A DNA stretch of 61,931 bases, filler included. It is 7 parts of 7 records of this genome, joined end to end, with 100 filler letters (N's around TTAATTAATTAA, not from the genome) between each part and the next. Parts side by side here need not be neighbours in the genome. Positions count along the whole stretch, not along the records: positions 56,131 to 61,931 come from SRR31156797_62291; 6 more parts are not named here. One strand, given 5' to 3'. Made by a program: the position numbers and the translations under genes. The notes beneath the pieces were generated by a model. It did no database searches. It was not told where the DNA came from and saw nothing but the letters and a program-made list of their open reading frames with translations. This document shows positions 61,880-61,931 of this stretch, piece by piece (position 1 is the first letter of the stretch; each line of letters begins with the position of its first letter).

Positions 61880-61931
61880 TTAGAAGCTGACCTTCGTACC
61901 AACGATGAAGGTGCTGGCTTCGTTGTCGTTC
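61880..61931 (-). CDS. 3' end of probable porin
   Basis: NDNEASTFIVGTKVSF*: amphipathic strand with terminal Phe, followed by a strong terminator. Confidence 0.65.
   Translation of the reverse strand, partial: NDNEASTFIVGTKVSF

Noticed and set aside
1-61931. CRISPR arrays, transposases, integrases, phage or defence genes
   Set aside because: No regularly spaced direct repeats and no ORFs with such motifs were seen.

Overview
The window is not one locus. It is seven unrelated contigs joined by 100-nt spacers (N44-TTAATTAATTAA-N44) at 5901-6000, 14620-14719, 20325-20424, 44338-44437, 50720-50819 and 56031-56130. Taxonomic labels below are inferences from gene content. Contig 1 (1-5900, possibly Planctomycetota) has a secreted hypothetical protein, a membrane sulfatase-like protein, a small YIDPGTGS membrane protein, an alpha/beta hydrolase, a GH16-like lipoprotein and a methyltransferase. 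Contig 2 (6001-14619, Desulfobulbales-like) has an FN3 protein, nfo, surE, DUF1499, a degenerate HD-GYP protein, an M48 peptidase, a partial tRNA and hairpin repeats. Contig 3 (14720-20324) looks like a shattered bacterial CARDB gene but is a eukaryotic gene with ten 51-70 nt spliceosomal introns (one probably GC-AG). Removing them gives an open frame of about 1,654 codons for a bacterial-style CARDB/PPC/IPT/Ig giant protein. Contig 4 (20425-44337, Desulfobacterota-like) is a 24-kb sugar catabolic island: ABC transporter, three FGGY kinases, C-N hydrolase, tkt, tal, class II aldolase, CbbY-like phosphatase, and an acetoin-dehydrogenase-type E1/E2 with an E3 lacking NAD-binding motifs. It has shared promoter motifs and 35-bp inverted repeats at its ends. 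Contig 5 (44438-50719, Spirochaetota-like) has an MCP, a PAS-LuxR regulator, pepT and peptide ABC ATPases. Contigs 6-7 (alphaproteobacterial) have partial rnpB, MipA/OmpV, an amidase with an unrecognised C-terminal domain that recurs as a stand-alone gene, DUF1127, MscS-cNMP, and parB-holA-lptE-leuS-DUF3576-porin end. No CRISPR array, transposase or integrase was seen. All calls come from reading motifs by eye; no database searches were run.
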